Shown: piece after piece, positions 9,518 through 17,471 of the stretch
Layout: every line of letters starts with the position of its first letter
Position numbering within the stretch: the first letter of the stretch is position 1
Assembly: GCA_964452025.1 (NCBI GenBank)
Contig: CAYVKR010000002.1
Location: forward strand, 1-40,732
Direction: 5' to 3'
Source: an uncultured Anaerolineales bacterium
GTDB lineage: Bacteria > Chloroflexota > Anaerolineae > B4-G1 > SLSP01
Length of the DNA: 40,732 nt
Made by a program: the position numbers and the translations under genes
The notes under the pieces: generated by a model
Database searches by the model: none
What the model was told of the DNA's origin: nothing
The model's input: the letters and a program-made list of their open reading frames with translations, nothing else

Positions 9518-9715
9518 CCAAAGAAAAATGGAGTATAGTTGTGATTGTGCTGCGCACAATCACAACATATAGGACCCTTTTCTCCACTGAAATACCTTTT
9601 TCAGTGGAGACCCCGGTGCTGGCGCACACCTTGCAAGCACGAAAATGGTTGGTAGTCACGCGCTTTAGCGCGGTGGGCCACGGTCGGGAGACCGGCCCCA
9701 GCTAGGTTTAGTATT
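9518..9715. repeat. R1 copy 1: two-hairpin module (9534-9571 and 9582-9609) plus a ~115-nt extension module (9601-9715)
   Basis: Hairpin 1 is TATAGTTGTGATTGTGC-TGC-GCACAATCACAACATATA. Hairpin 2 is CTCCACTGAAA...TTTCAGTGGAG. These are homologous to 15236-15330 and to 28586-28676 (inverted). The extension is homologous to 40551-40690 (inverted). Confidence 0.8.
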
Positions 9716-9782
9716 TTACATCCTGTTAATCTTGTTAATCGTGTCTATTTTCGAGGGAGTTAGTATTATTGGCTCTGGCCCG

Positions 9783-9811
9783 ATTATAACACGGGCAGCC
9801 TGTCCCTTCAA
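9783..9811 (-). promoter_or_regulatory. Near-consensus sigma-70-type promoter TTGAAG-N17-TATAAT with TG extension
   Basis: On the minus strand, TTGAAG is the complement of 9806-9811. The 17-nt spacer ends in TGT. TATAAT is the complement of 9783-9788. The promoter points toward the GT-C/NHL gene and implies a ~300-nt leader containing R1 copy 1. Confidence 0.6.
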
Positions 9812-9866
9812 AGCGAAAGGCACGGAAGCCGGACCGGCTCTCGTGCCCCCCGTAAAGTTCAGCAGA

Positions 9867-11627
9867 TCAAGAGCCGAGCCGCGCCAGCTCCTCCTCGATG
9901 ACACTCTCATCCAGTTTCTTGAAGAGCGGCTTCGGCTTCGCCAACGTGCGACCGCCAGGCAGCGGAGAGAAGGCCCACTCATCCGATCCAGTCTGGGGAT
10001 CATAGCGCAGCACGTTGTGCGGGCGTCCGTCGCCTTCCACCGCTTCAATGGTCAGATCGCCGAAGAGCGGCGTCTCGTAGCCCAGCATCGCGTGCAGGCG
10101 CTCCGACGAGAAGGGCAAGAAGGGCGCGAAGACGATCTTCAGCGCGTTGATGACCTGGAGGACGACGTTAAGCGTCGTCCCAGCGGCGGCGCGATCCTCC
10201 TTGATCTGTTTCCAGGGCGCCTTGACCTCCAGGTAGCGGTTCGCCTCACGGGCCACGTCCAGCGCTGCGCCCAGCGCCGCGCGGAACTGAGCCTGCGCCA
10301 GGTGTTCGCCGACCGTCTCGAAGACCGCCTTGGCCTGCGCCAGCATCTCCTCGTCGATCTCGTGGAGATCACCCTGCAACGGCACTTCTCCAAAGCGTTT
10401 GGCTGTGAAGGAGATGGCCCGGTTCACCAGATTGCCCCAGACGGCGACCAGCTCATTGTTGTTGCGCTGTACGAAGCCATCCCAGGAGAAGTTCGTGTCG
10501 CTGGCCTCCGGCATCACCGAGGTCAGGTAGAAACGGATGGCATCGGGATCGTAGCGCGAGAGCAGATCCGGCATCCAGACAGCCCAGTGACGGCTCTTCG
10601 AAGCCTGGGCACCCTGGATGTTCATGAACTCATTAGCAGGCACGTCGTAGGGCAGATTGAGCGTCCGCTCGTCCTCGTAGATGCGCTCAATGCCGATGAG
10701 CTCGGCGGGCCAGATGATGGTGTGAAAAGGAATATTGTCCTTGCCGATAAAATAGTACGTCAGCGCGTCGGGATCGTACCACCAGGGCTTCCAGGCCTCG
10801 GGCGCGTCTTGCAGCGTCGACCATTCAAGGCTGGCGGAGAGATAACCAATCACCGCCTCGAACCAGACGTAGAGGCGCTTGTCGCCGTAACCTTCTAGCG
10901 GCACCGGCACGCCCCACTTGATATCGCGCGTGATAGGGCGCCCGTGCAAGCCGCCTTTCACGTAATTGCGCGAGAAACTGAGGACGTTGGCGCGCCAGTG
11001 GTCCTTGCCATCCTCCAGAAAGGTCAGCACCTCATCCTCCAGCGCGGGTAGATCGAGGAAGAAATGTTCTGTCTCGCGGATCACAGGCTCCGAACCGTCG
11101 ATGCTGCAGCGCGGATCACCCAGTTCCAGGGCATCAAGCAGGCGCCCGCAGTTATCACACTGATCGCCACGCGCCTCCTCGTAGCCACAGTGCGGGCACA
11201 GCCCCTCGACGTAGCGGTCGGGCAGGAAACGCTCCAGCGTCTCGGAGTAGAACTGCTGCTGCCGCTCTGCGTAGAGGTAGTCGTTCTCCAGCAGGCGCGT
11301 GAAGATATCCTGCGCCACGCGCTGGTGATTGGCGGTGTCCGTGTGCGTGAAAAGGTCGTAGGAAATGCCGACAGCTTTCTGCGTCTCCAGAAAGCGCTCG
11401 TGGTAGCGTTCGAAGATCTCCCTCGGCGTGACGCCCTCCTCCTCGGCGTGCACCGTGATGGGTGTGCCGTGAGAATCGGAGCCGGAGACCATCAAGACGT
11501 CGTTGCCCGCCAGCCGATGGTAGCGGGCGAAGATGTCGCCGGGCAGGATAGCGCCTGCCATGTGCCCGACGTGGAGATCACCGTTCGCATAAGGCCATGC
11601 TATTGCAACTAAGATTTTCTTGGTCAT
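9867..11627 (-). CDS. metG: Methionine--tRNA ligase
   Basis: 586 aa with a class I HIGH-type motif (PYANGDLHVGH), a zinc knuckle (CPHCGYEEARGDQCDNCG), a KMSKS-like ASKSRHW and MetRS-like sequence throughout. AAGGAGG lies upstream of the ATG at 11627. Confidence 0.93.
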   Translation of the reverse strand: MTKKILVAIAWPYANGDLHVGHMAGAILPGDIFARYHRLAGNDVLMVSGSDSHGTPITVHAEEEGVTPREIFERYHERFLETQKAVGISYDLFTHTDTANHQRVAQDIFTRLLENDYLYAERQQQFYSETLERFLPDRYVEGLCPHCGYEEARGDQCDNCGRLLDALELGDPRCSIDGSEPVIRETEHFFLDLPALEDEVLTFLEDGKDHWRANVLSFSRNYVKGGLHGRPITRDIKWGVPVPLEGYGDKRLYVWFEAVIGYLSASLEWSTLQDAPEAWKPWWYDPDALTYYFIGKDNIPFHTIIWPAELIGIERIYEDERTLNLPYDVPANEFMNIQGAQASKSRHWAVWMPDLLSRYDPDAIRFYLTSVMPEASDTNFSWDGFVQRNNNELVAVWGNLVNRAISFTAKRFGEVPLQGDLHEIDEEMLAQAKAVFETVGEHLAQAQFRAALGAALDVAREANRYLEVKAPWKQIKEDRAAAGTTLNVVLQVINALKIVFAPFLPFSSERLHAMLGYETPLFGDLTIEAVEGDGRPHNVLRYDPQTGSDEWAFSPLPGGRTLAKPKPLFKKLDESVIEEELARLGS

Positions 11628-11671
11628 TGTGTGCCTCCTTGCACCTGCTCAGGGAAGTATAACCGACTCTC

Positions 11672-11704
11672 GATAAAACAAAACCCGCCAGCGAGGCTGG
11701 CGGG
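11672..11704 (-). terminator. Rho-independent terminator of sigA
   Basis: A 9-bp GC-rich stem, CCCGCCAGC-GAG-GCTGGCGGG (11684-11704), is followed on the minus strand by TTTTGTTTTATC. Confidence 0.8.
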
Positions 11705-11854
11705 TCATCTGCCATTGTGGGTGCAGAGCGCACCGTGCGTTCAGGGGGCCTCGCCCCCCTGACGCTCCGGCCAGCTGCACATCCTCATGGCGGTCACTTC
11801 ACGCGGTTTGATATGTAACATCACGGAACCGATCTCCCTCTGTAAGAGGTTTAT

Positions 11855-13009
11855 CTAGCGCAGATAGTCCCGCAGATCACGACTGCGGCTGGGGTGACGC
11901 AAGCGTCGCAGCGCCTGCCCCTCAATCTGCCGGATGCGTTCGCGCGTTAGACCAAACTTCTTACCGACTTCTTCCAGCGTATAGCTCTCGCCGTTCTGCA
12001 ATCCAAAGCGCATACGCAGAATACGCACCTCGCGGGGACTGAGTCCGCGCATGGCCTCTTCTAGACGCTCGCGCAACATCCCTCGATAGGTCGTATCGGG
12101 CGGCGTCGGCGTCTCCTCGTCCTCGATGAAGTTGCTCAGCTCGCTGTCCTCGTCCTCGCCGACGGGTCGCTCCAGACTGAGCGGCTGCCACGAGACGCGC
12201 ATCATCCACTGGACCTTGCGCGGCTCGATGTCGAATTCCTCGGCCAACTCTTCGGGCGTCGGGCGCTCGCCGCGCTCCTGTTCGATCTCCTGCGCGCGTC
12301 GATAGAGCCGGCGGATACGGTCGCTCATGTGTACGGGCACGCGAATAGTGCGCCCTTGGTCCGCGATGGCGCGGGTGATGGTCTGTCGAATCCACCACGT
12401 CGCGTAGGTGCTAAAGCGATACCCGCGCTGATACTCGAACTTCTCGACGGCCTTCATCAGCCCCAAGTTGCCCTCCTGAATCAGATCCAGGAAAGGCACC
12501 CCCCGTCCGATATATTTTTTGGCAATGCTCACCACCAGACGCGTGTTGGCACGGATCAGATGATCACGCGCAGCGATGCCTTCAAAAATAGTCTCCTGCA
12601 GGATGGCACTCTGGTCCAAATCATGTCCGTTGTTCTTGAGTTTCTGCTCGGCCTCCCGGCCCGCCTCAATCCTTTTGGCAAGAGAAATCTCTTCGTCTGT
12701 CGATAGCAACGGAACGCGAGACATCTCGCGCAGATAGAGAGCTACCGTGTCATCCACACCAATGCTGGTTAAATCGTAGGGGTCTTCTTCCCAGCTCTCA
12801 TTTTCCTCATCGTCGTCTGGTTCTTCTTTGGTCAGAGAGACATTTTCCTGCAACTCTATTTCAATTCCTCCCTGTCGCAGCTCTTCCTGGATGACATCGA
12901 GCGTTTCTTCGTCGTCCAACAAATCGGCGTCCAAGGCTCCCATGATGTCTTCGAGGGTGAGAAACCCTTGCTCCTTAGCCTTTTCTACCAACTCCGCAAC
13001 GACATCCAT
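11855..13009 (-). CDS. sigA: Primary RNA polymerase sigma factor (sigma-70/SigA family)
   Basis: 384 aa with an acidic region 1, region 2 ([27 protein letters not shown]) and a region 4.2 HTH ([27 protein letters not shown]). Confidence 0.93.
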   Translation of the reverse strand: MDVVAELVEKAKEQGFLTLEDIMGALDADLLDDEETLDVIQEELRQGGIEIELQENVSLTKEEPDDDEENESWEEDPYDLTSIGVDDTVALYLREMSRVPLLSTDEEISLAKRIEAGREAEQKLKNNGHDLDQSAILQETIFEGIAARDHLIRANTRLVVSIAKKYIGRGVPFLDLIQEGNLGLMKAVEKFEYQRGYRFSTYATWWIRQTITRAIADQGRTIRVPVHMSDRIRRLYRRAQEIEQERGERPTPEELAEEFDIEPRKVQWMMRVSWQPLSLERPVGEDEDSELSNFIEDEETPTPPDTTYRGMLRERLEEAMRGLSPREVRILRMRFGLQNGESYTLEEVGKKFGLTRERIRQIEGQALRRLRHPSRSRDLRDYLR

Positions 13010-13075
13010 AGGCCTCCTTACATAGTGAACAACCCTAGATGAGCCTGGTGCACAATGGTAAAAACTTGACGTCGC

Positions 13076-13573
13076 CTACTCTTCCAGAAGCGGACGTAAC
13101 GCTTCCCAGCGTGGATCTATCGATTCCGATGCCTCACAGACACATTCTCCCCGCTTCAAATTTCCGCCGCATTCTGGACAGAGCCCTTTGCAATCGGAGG
13201 AACAGATGGGGTTAATGGGGAGTTCAAGCCAAGCATATTGGCGTATCAAAGGAGTTAAGTCAACCCAGCCACCATCTGCAAGACGAACAGGATGTTCTGC
13301 TGTCAATGAAACACCGGGGAGGTGGATGACATCTTCCAAGCTGATTTGGATGGGCTCAAAGAAGGTTTCCAGACAGCGGGTACACGTCACTTCCACTTCC
13401 GCGTGCAGGCTCCCTTCCACTAAAATGCCTTCAGATACGCGCGTGAACTGCAGTTCGCCCTTCAGATAGGCCAGGTGCAGTTCACCAACTTCCAAGTCTC
13501 CGACATCAATATCAACTGTCTGACGCCGTCCAATGGGCGCGTGCGCCAGCGTCGTGAGATTCAACTTTATCAT
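13076..13573 (-). CDS. DUF177 / YceD-family protein
   Basis: 165 aa with a C-terminal Cys cluster (CSSDCKGLCPECGGNLKRGECVC) and TCTRC upstream, typical of YceD/DUF177. It ends 66 nt upstream of sigA and is probably co-transcribed with it. Confidence 0.8.
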   Translation of the reverse strand: MIKLNLTTLAHAPIGRRQTVDIDVGDLEVGELHLAYLKGELQFTRVSEGILVEGSLHAEVEVTCTRCLETFFEPIQISLEDVIHLPGVSLTAEHPVRLADGGWVDLTPLIRQYAWLELPINPICSSDCKGLCPECGGNLKRGECVCEASESIDPRWEALRPLLEE

Positions 13574-13677
13574 AGGTGTTTAGGTGTTAATGTAGACTCC
13601 CGATAGACTCTTATCGTGCCTACCGCTTCGTCACATATTAAACTTCACAACTCGCGGTCTGTCGCGAAATAAAACCA

Positions 13678-13852
13678 GGCTCTTGTCGGGAATTAGGTGA
13701 AGCCCTAAATCTGCTTCTATATGAGCTACGGAAAAATCCACAGATTAACGCAGATTTTCACAGATTATACCGGTTTTGTCCATGTTTGTCCTGCAAATCC
13801 GTGAGCAATTTCAAGCTGTCCAGAATACTTCACCTAAAAACCTATAAGAGCC
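13678..13852. mobile_element. MITE-like 175-nt element bounded by 25-nt imperfect inverted repeats
   Basis: GGCTCTTGTCGGGAATTAGGTGAAG (13678-13702) faces the reverse complement of 13828-13852 (GGCTCTTATAGGTTTTTAGGTGAAG). Blocks of 7 and 10 nt are perfect. The interior carries a 9-10-nt periodic CACAGAT/CGCAGAT repeat (13737-13765). It has no coding capacity. Confidence 0.55.
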
Positions 13853-13897
13853 AATAAACAATTATTTTAAAATCGTTGCCTTCGATTAGTTGTAGGC

Positions 13898-13926
13898 ATT
13901 ATAACACAGGAACTATACTACGTCAA
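13898..13926 (-). promoter_or_regulatory. Near-consensus promoter TTGACG-N17-TATAAT with TG extension and an A/T-rich upstream tract
   Basis: On the minus strand, TTGACG is the complement of 13921-13926. The 17-nt spacer ends in TGT. TATAAT is the complement of 13898-13903. TTAAAAACC lies just upstream of the -35. It is ~325 nt upstream of the DUF177 start. Confidence 0.6.
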
Positions 13927-14067
13927 GGTTTTTAACATGTTTATCGTCAAAAATACCTACCAGAAGGCGCCCACCGTTTAATATGTGTATATTTTAAGAT
14001 AACCTCTTCGTATTAACAGAGTATTAAGAAAAAGCTATTACTTCGTCTACCAACTCAAGATGCGAAT

Positions 14068-14652
14068 TCAGTCCAAGTCGATGCGATGGACATCCGGCGA
14101 TTTTCCACGTTCCAGCGTCAGGTGAACGACGGATGAAGGCAGGGGCGCACCAAAATAGGAGGTCTGCAACGCCGCGCCAGGATTAATCAACAAAACGTCA
14201 TCCCAATGTGCTTCAAAAAAGCGGTGGGTATGCCCAAACGCGATCACGTCCGCATCTGGGAAACGCCGCAGCAGCGTGCGAGCAACGAGGCGATCATGGC
14301 GGGGAAAGTGCCATCGACCTCGCAAGTTCTGAAGGACCATCCACCCCTTCCACAGCAGTGCTGTCGGCCCGATTTTGTGTCCGTGGGTTAGGACAACGTG
14401 AAAGCCCTCGATATCAAGCTCCACGGTCTCCGGCAACGTCCGTCCTGCGCTGGAACGGTCGAAGAGATGGTAGTTACCACGCACGGCATAGACCGGCGCC
14501 AGGGTTTCCAGCGGCTGTAACGCCCACGGCTCATCCACGTCACCGGCATGTAAGATAAGATCAACGTCGCGCAAGGCGGTAAGCACGTCTGAGGATATCT
14601 CAGGCGCCCGGTAAGGAACGTGCGTGTCTGCCAACAAACCAAAGGTTACCAT
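14068..14652 (-). CDS. Metallophosphoesterase (YfcE/MJ0936-like)
   Basis: 194 aa with the calcineurin-like motifs LADTHVP, HAGDV, RGNYH, THGHK and FGHTHR. Confidence 0.85.
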   Translation of the reverse strand: MVTFGLLADTHVPYRAPEISSDVLTALRDVDLILHAGDVDEPWALQPLETLAPVYAVRGNYHLFDRSSAGRTLPETVELDIEGFHVVLTHGHKIGPTALLWKGWMVLQNLRGRWHFPRHDRLVARTLLRRFPDADVIAFGHTHRFFEAHWDDVLLINPGAALQTSYFGAPLPSSVVHLTLERGKSPDVHRIDLD

Positions 14653-14655
14653 GTG

Positions 14656-14683
14656 AAGAGGCCACCTTATAGGGTGGCCTCTT
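14656..14683. other. Intercistronic 11-bp stem-loop between acpP and the phosphoesterase gene
   Basis: AAGAGGCCACC-TTATAG-GGTGGCCTCTT. The T-run follows only on the + strand, and on the minus strand the hairpin ends 4 nt before the phosphoesterase ATG. It is therefore more likely an mRNA stability or processing element than a full terminator. Confidence 0.5.
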
Positions 14684-14702
14684 TTAATCGATGCGGGACA
14701 AT

Positions 14703-14951
14703 CTACGCAGCAGATTGCATATTCTTCTCAATGTACGCGACCGCGTCCCCTACCGTAACGATCTGGCGAGCATCATCATCGGAGATACGCCCCCCAAAGG
14801 TGTCCTCAAAGGCCATAATCAACTCGACCAGATCCAGGGAATCGGCGCCCAGATCCTCGCGAAATTTGTCTTCAAGGGCGATTGCCTCTTCTTCGATGGA
14901 CAGAATATCTACGATAATACCCTTGACCTGCTCATAAATCTCGTCGTTCAT
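14703..14951 (-). CDS. acpP: Acyl carrier protein
   Basis: 82 aa, acidic, with the phosphopantetheine attachment motif [23 protein letters not shown] lies upstream of the ATG. Confidence 0.92.
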   Translation of the reverse strand: MNDEIYEQVKGIIVDILSIEEEAIALEDKFREDLGADSLDLVELIMAFEDTFGGRISDDDARQIVTVGDAVAYIEKNMQSAA

Positions 14952-15235
14952 CTTTTTTCCTCCTCATACGTACCGTGAGCTGATCTGATGCACTGTTTAT
15001 CACATCACCTTGTTATTGTATCCCTCGCAGAAAGAAAAGTCAAGATTGCTGATTTTCAATGATGATCCACATCTCACCGCAGAGCCCACGGAGCACGCAG
15101 AGAAAAAACCGGTTCTTTCCAATACGTCTAGCCCCCGTTGGCACCGTTTCGTTTGCCCTTTATCAGGGTTAGGATAAGATAAATCCCACGTTGCAAAGAA
15201 AGGAAATAGATGACTACCCTGAAAAAAGGGCCAGT

Positions 15236-15330
15236 CAAAAAAAACAGGAGTATATGTTGTGGTTGTGCTGCGCATAACCCAACATATAGTATCTATTTCT
15301 CTACTGAATGAAAACTTTTTTTCAGCAGAG
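15236..15330. repeat. R1 copy 2 (decayed two-hairpin module)
   Basis: Hairpin 1 is TATATGTTGTGGTTGTGC-TGC-GCATAACCCAACATATA (15251-15288). Hairpin 2 is CTCTACTGAA...TTCAGCAGAG (15299-15330). It has the same orientation as copy 1 and ends 24 nt before the fni ATG. Confidence 0.75.
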
Positions 15331-15353
15331 TCAATGGATTTACTTCGAAAACG

Positions 15354-16385
15354 ATGACCCAGACGACTGACCGCAAGAACGATCATATCTACATCAATCT
15401 GCACGAGGATGTCTCCTTTGACCGGCTGACCAACGGGCTGGAGCGGTATCGCTTCGTTCATCAGGCACTGCCGGACCTGGATCTGGCAGCCGTCTCCACG
15501 GAGACGGACTTTCTGAACAAGCGGCTGGCCTTTCCGCTCCTCATTGCCTCCATGACAGGCGGATCTGAGCGCGCAGCAGAGATCAATCGCACACTGGCGA
15601 TGGTGGCCCAGGAAGCCGGCATCGGCATGGGACTGGGGTCCATGCGCGCGATCCTGGAACATCCAGAGATGGCGTGGACGTTCCAGGTGCGGACCTACGC
15701 GCCCGACATCCTGCTGCTGGCGAACCTGGGCGCCGTCCAGCTCAACTATGGCTACGGTCCGGCGGCTTGCCAGGAGCTCGTGGAACGGGTGGAGGCCGAT
15801 GCCTTGATACTCCACCTGAATCCCTTGCAAGAAGCGCTGCAACCCGAAGGAGATACCCGCTTCGATGGGCTACTGCCACGCATCGAAGCCGTCTGTGAGG
15901 CCCTGAGCGTCCCCGTCGTCGTCAAGGAGGTTGGCAGGGGACTCTCCGAGCAAACGGCCCGGGCACTGATCGACGCGGGCGTAGCAGCGCTGGACGTGGC
16001 GGGCGCGGGCGGCACCTCGTGGAGTCAGGTGGAGATGTATCGCAGCAAGACGGACGCCCAGCGTGAGGTCGCCGCCGCGTTCCGCGATTGGGGTATCCCC
16101 ACCGCCGACTCGGTCCAGAGGGTCCGTCAGATCAGCCGGACTGTCCCGCTGATCGCCAGCGGCGGTCTGAGCAGCGGCCTCGATCTAGCGAAAGCCCTGG
16201 CGCTGGGCGCCAACGTCGGCGCGATGGCGAGACCGCTGCTCCGCAGCGCGGTAGATTCGTTCGAGACGCTGCGCCGTCACCTGACGGTTCTGGAGCAGCA
16301 GTTCCGCATCACCATGTTCGCCGTAGGCGCCGCCGATGTGGAAACCCTTCGTACGACCCCGCTTGTTCCAGCATCACCGAGATAG
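15354..16385 (+). CDS. fni: Type 2 (FMN-dependent) isopentenyl-diphosphate delta-isomerase
   Basis: 343 aa with an N-terminal [30 protein letters not shown] and IASGGL, typical of IDI-2. No Shine-Dalgarno is visible upstream. Confidence 0.9.
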   Translation: MTQTTDRKNDHIYINLHEDVSFDRLTNGLERYRFVHQALPDLDLAAVSTETDFLNKRLAFPLLIASMTGGSERAAEINRTLAMVAQEAGIGMGLGSMRAILEHPEMAWTFQVRTYAPDILLLANLGAVQLNYGYGPAACQELVERVEADALILHLNPLQEALQPEGDTRFDGLLPRIEAVCEALSVPVVVKEVGRGLSEQTARALIDAGVAALDVAGAGGTSWSQVEMYRSKTDAQREVAAAFRDWGIPTADSVQRVRQISRTVPLIASGGLSSGLDLAKALALGANVGAMARPLLRSAVDSFETLRRHLTVLEQQFRITMFAVGAADVETLRTTPLVPASPR

Positions 16386-16407
16386 AGATCGAAAAGGAGA
16401 CGCGCTG

Positions 16408-17415
16408 ATGGAACTTTTTGCACGCTATTTGCCCGCGTTGGAACAGGAAATGCGTCAAGTAACTACCCCTGCTGACGGCCCCACCCTGCTCTACGGGATG
16501 CTTCACTATCACCTGGGCTGGGTCGATGCTGAATTCAATCCCGTGCAGGAGAACGCCGGCAAACGTCTGCGGCCCATTTTCCTGCTCCTCGCTTGCGAAG
16601 CCCAGGGGGGGGATTGGCATCAGGCGCTGCCGGCGGCCGCAGCGGTGGAAATGCTGCACAACTTCTCCTTGATCCACGACGATATCGAAGATCGCGACGC
16701 GCTGCGGCGCGGGCGTGCGACGCTCTGGAAGCTCTGGGGAGAGGCGCAAGCCATCAACGCGGGCGATACGCTCTTCAGCCTGGCCCATCGCGCGCTGGGA
16801 CGGCTGCGCGCGATGACACTGTCGCCACAACGCATCCTCTTGATTCAGCAGCGCTTCGTCGATACGACCATCAAGCTGACCGAGGGACAGTGCATGGATA
16901 TCGCTTTTGAGACCACCGACGTGGTGGATGAAGAGACGTACCTCCGGATGGTGAGCGGCAAGACGGCAGCGCTGGCCAGCTTCGCCTGCGAGGCCGGTGC
17001 GTTGGTCGCCAACGCGCCCGACGCACAGGTGCAGGCTTTGCATAATTTCGGGTACAACGTGGGCATGAGCTTCCAGATGCAGGACGATCTGCTAGGTCTC
17101 TGGGGAGATTCCGAACGAACGGGCAAACCCGTGGGGGCTGACCTGCGACAGCGTAAAAAGACCCTGCCCATTTTGCACGGACTGGCCCACAGTGAAGAAC
17201 TCCGGGCACTGCTGGCCCGCACGCGCCTCGACGACGCGGCTATCGCCAAAGCGCAAGCCCTGCTTGAAGATGTCGGTAGCCGCGCCTACACGGAAGCGCG
17301 CGCGGAAACTTATCACCAGGCGGCATTGGCAGCCCTGGAGCGCAGCCACGGTCGCGGCGAAGCCCACGACGTCCTCCATGCGCTGACGGAGCGGCTTCTC
17401 CATCGCGATAGGTAA
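16408..17415 (+). CDS. Polyprenyl diphosphate synthase (trans-isoprenyl, GGPP/longer-chain type)
   Basis: Aspartate-rich motifs LIHDDIEDRD and FQMQDDLLG are present. I set the start to the ATG at 16408 (MELFARYL) because AAAGGAGA lies 7 nt upstream. The longer ORF start at 16336 overlaps the fni 3' end. Confidence 0.88.
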   Translation: MELFARYLPALEQEMRQVTTPADGPTLLYGMLHYHLGWVDAEFNPVQENAGKRLRPIFLLLACEAQGGDWHQALPAAAAVEMLHNFSLIHDDIEDRDALRRGRATLWKLWGEAQAINAGDTLFSLAHRALGRLRAMTLSPQRILLIQQRFVDTTIKLTEGQCMDIAFETTDVVDEETYLRMVSGKTAALASFACEAGALVANAPDAQVQALHNFGYNVGMSFQMQDDLLGLWGDSERTGKPVGADLRQRKKTLPILHGLAHSEELRALLARTRLDDAAIAKAQALLEDVGSRAYTEARAETYHQAALAALERSHGRGEAHDVLHALTERLLHRDR

Positions 17416-17416
17416 G

Positions 17417-17450
17417 CCAAAGGCCGGCACGTTGAACGCGCCGGCCCTTT
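17417..17450. terminator. Convergent (bidirectional) terminator-like hairpin between the polyprenyl synthase gene and pfkA
   Basis: GGCCGGCACGT-TGA-ACGCGCCGGCC (7 bp, one mismatch, then 3 bp), flanked by CCAAA on the left and CTTT on the right. Confidence 0.55.
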
Positions 17451-17471
17451 CACGCCCAGATAGTCCTGGGC

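Noticed and set aside
9534-9571. Whether the recurring palindrome (9534, 15251, 28621) is a CRISPR repeat.
   Set aside because: The copies are 6-13 kb apart, differ in orientation, are not separated by regular spacers, and no cas genes are present. This is a dispersed REP/MITE-like element, not an array.
11628-11671. T-box or other leader upstream of metG, and a vitamin riboswitch upstream of the ECF operon (31547-31615).
   Set aside because: The metG upstream region after the sigA terminator is only ~44 nt, too short for a T-box. The ECF upstream DNA is fully accounted for by R2-B plus a promoter and SD, with no riboswitch-like conserved core that I can recognise.
15248-15275. Possible leader peptide in R1 (AGGAG TAT ATG TTG TGG TTG TGC TGC GCA TAA = MLWLCCA).
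   Set aside because: The ATG is absent in copy 1 (TATAGTTG). The frame continues for 50 codons in copy 3. The GGAG-to-ATG spacing is only ~3 nt. The feature is therefore not conserved.
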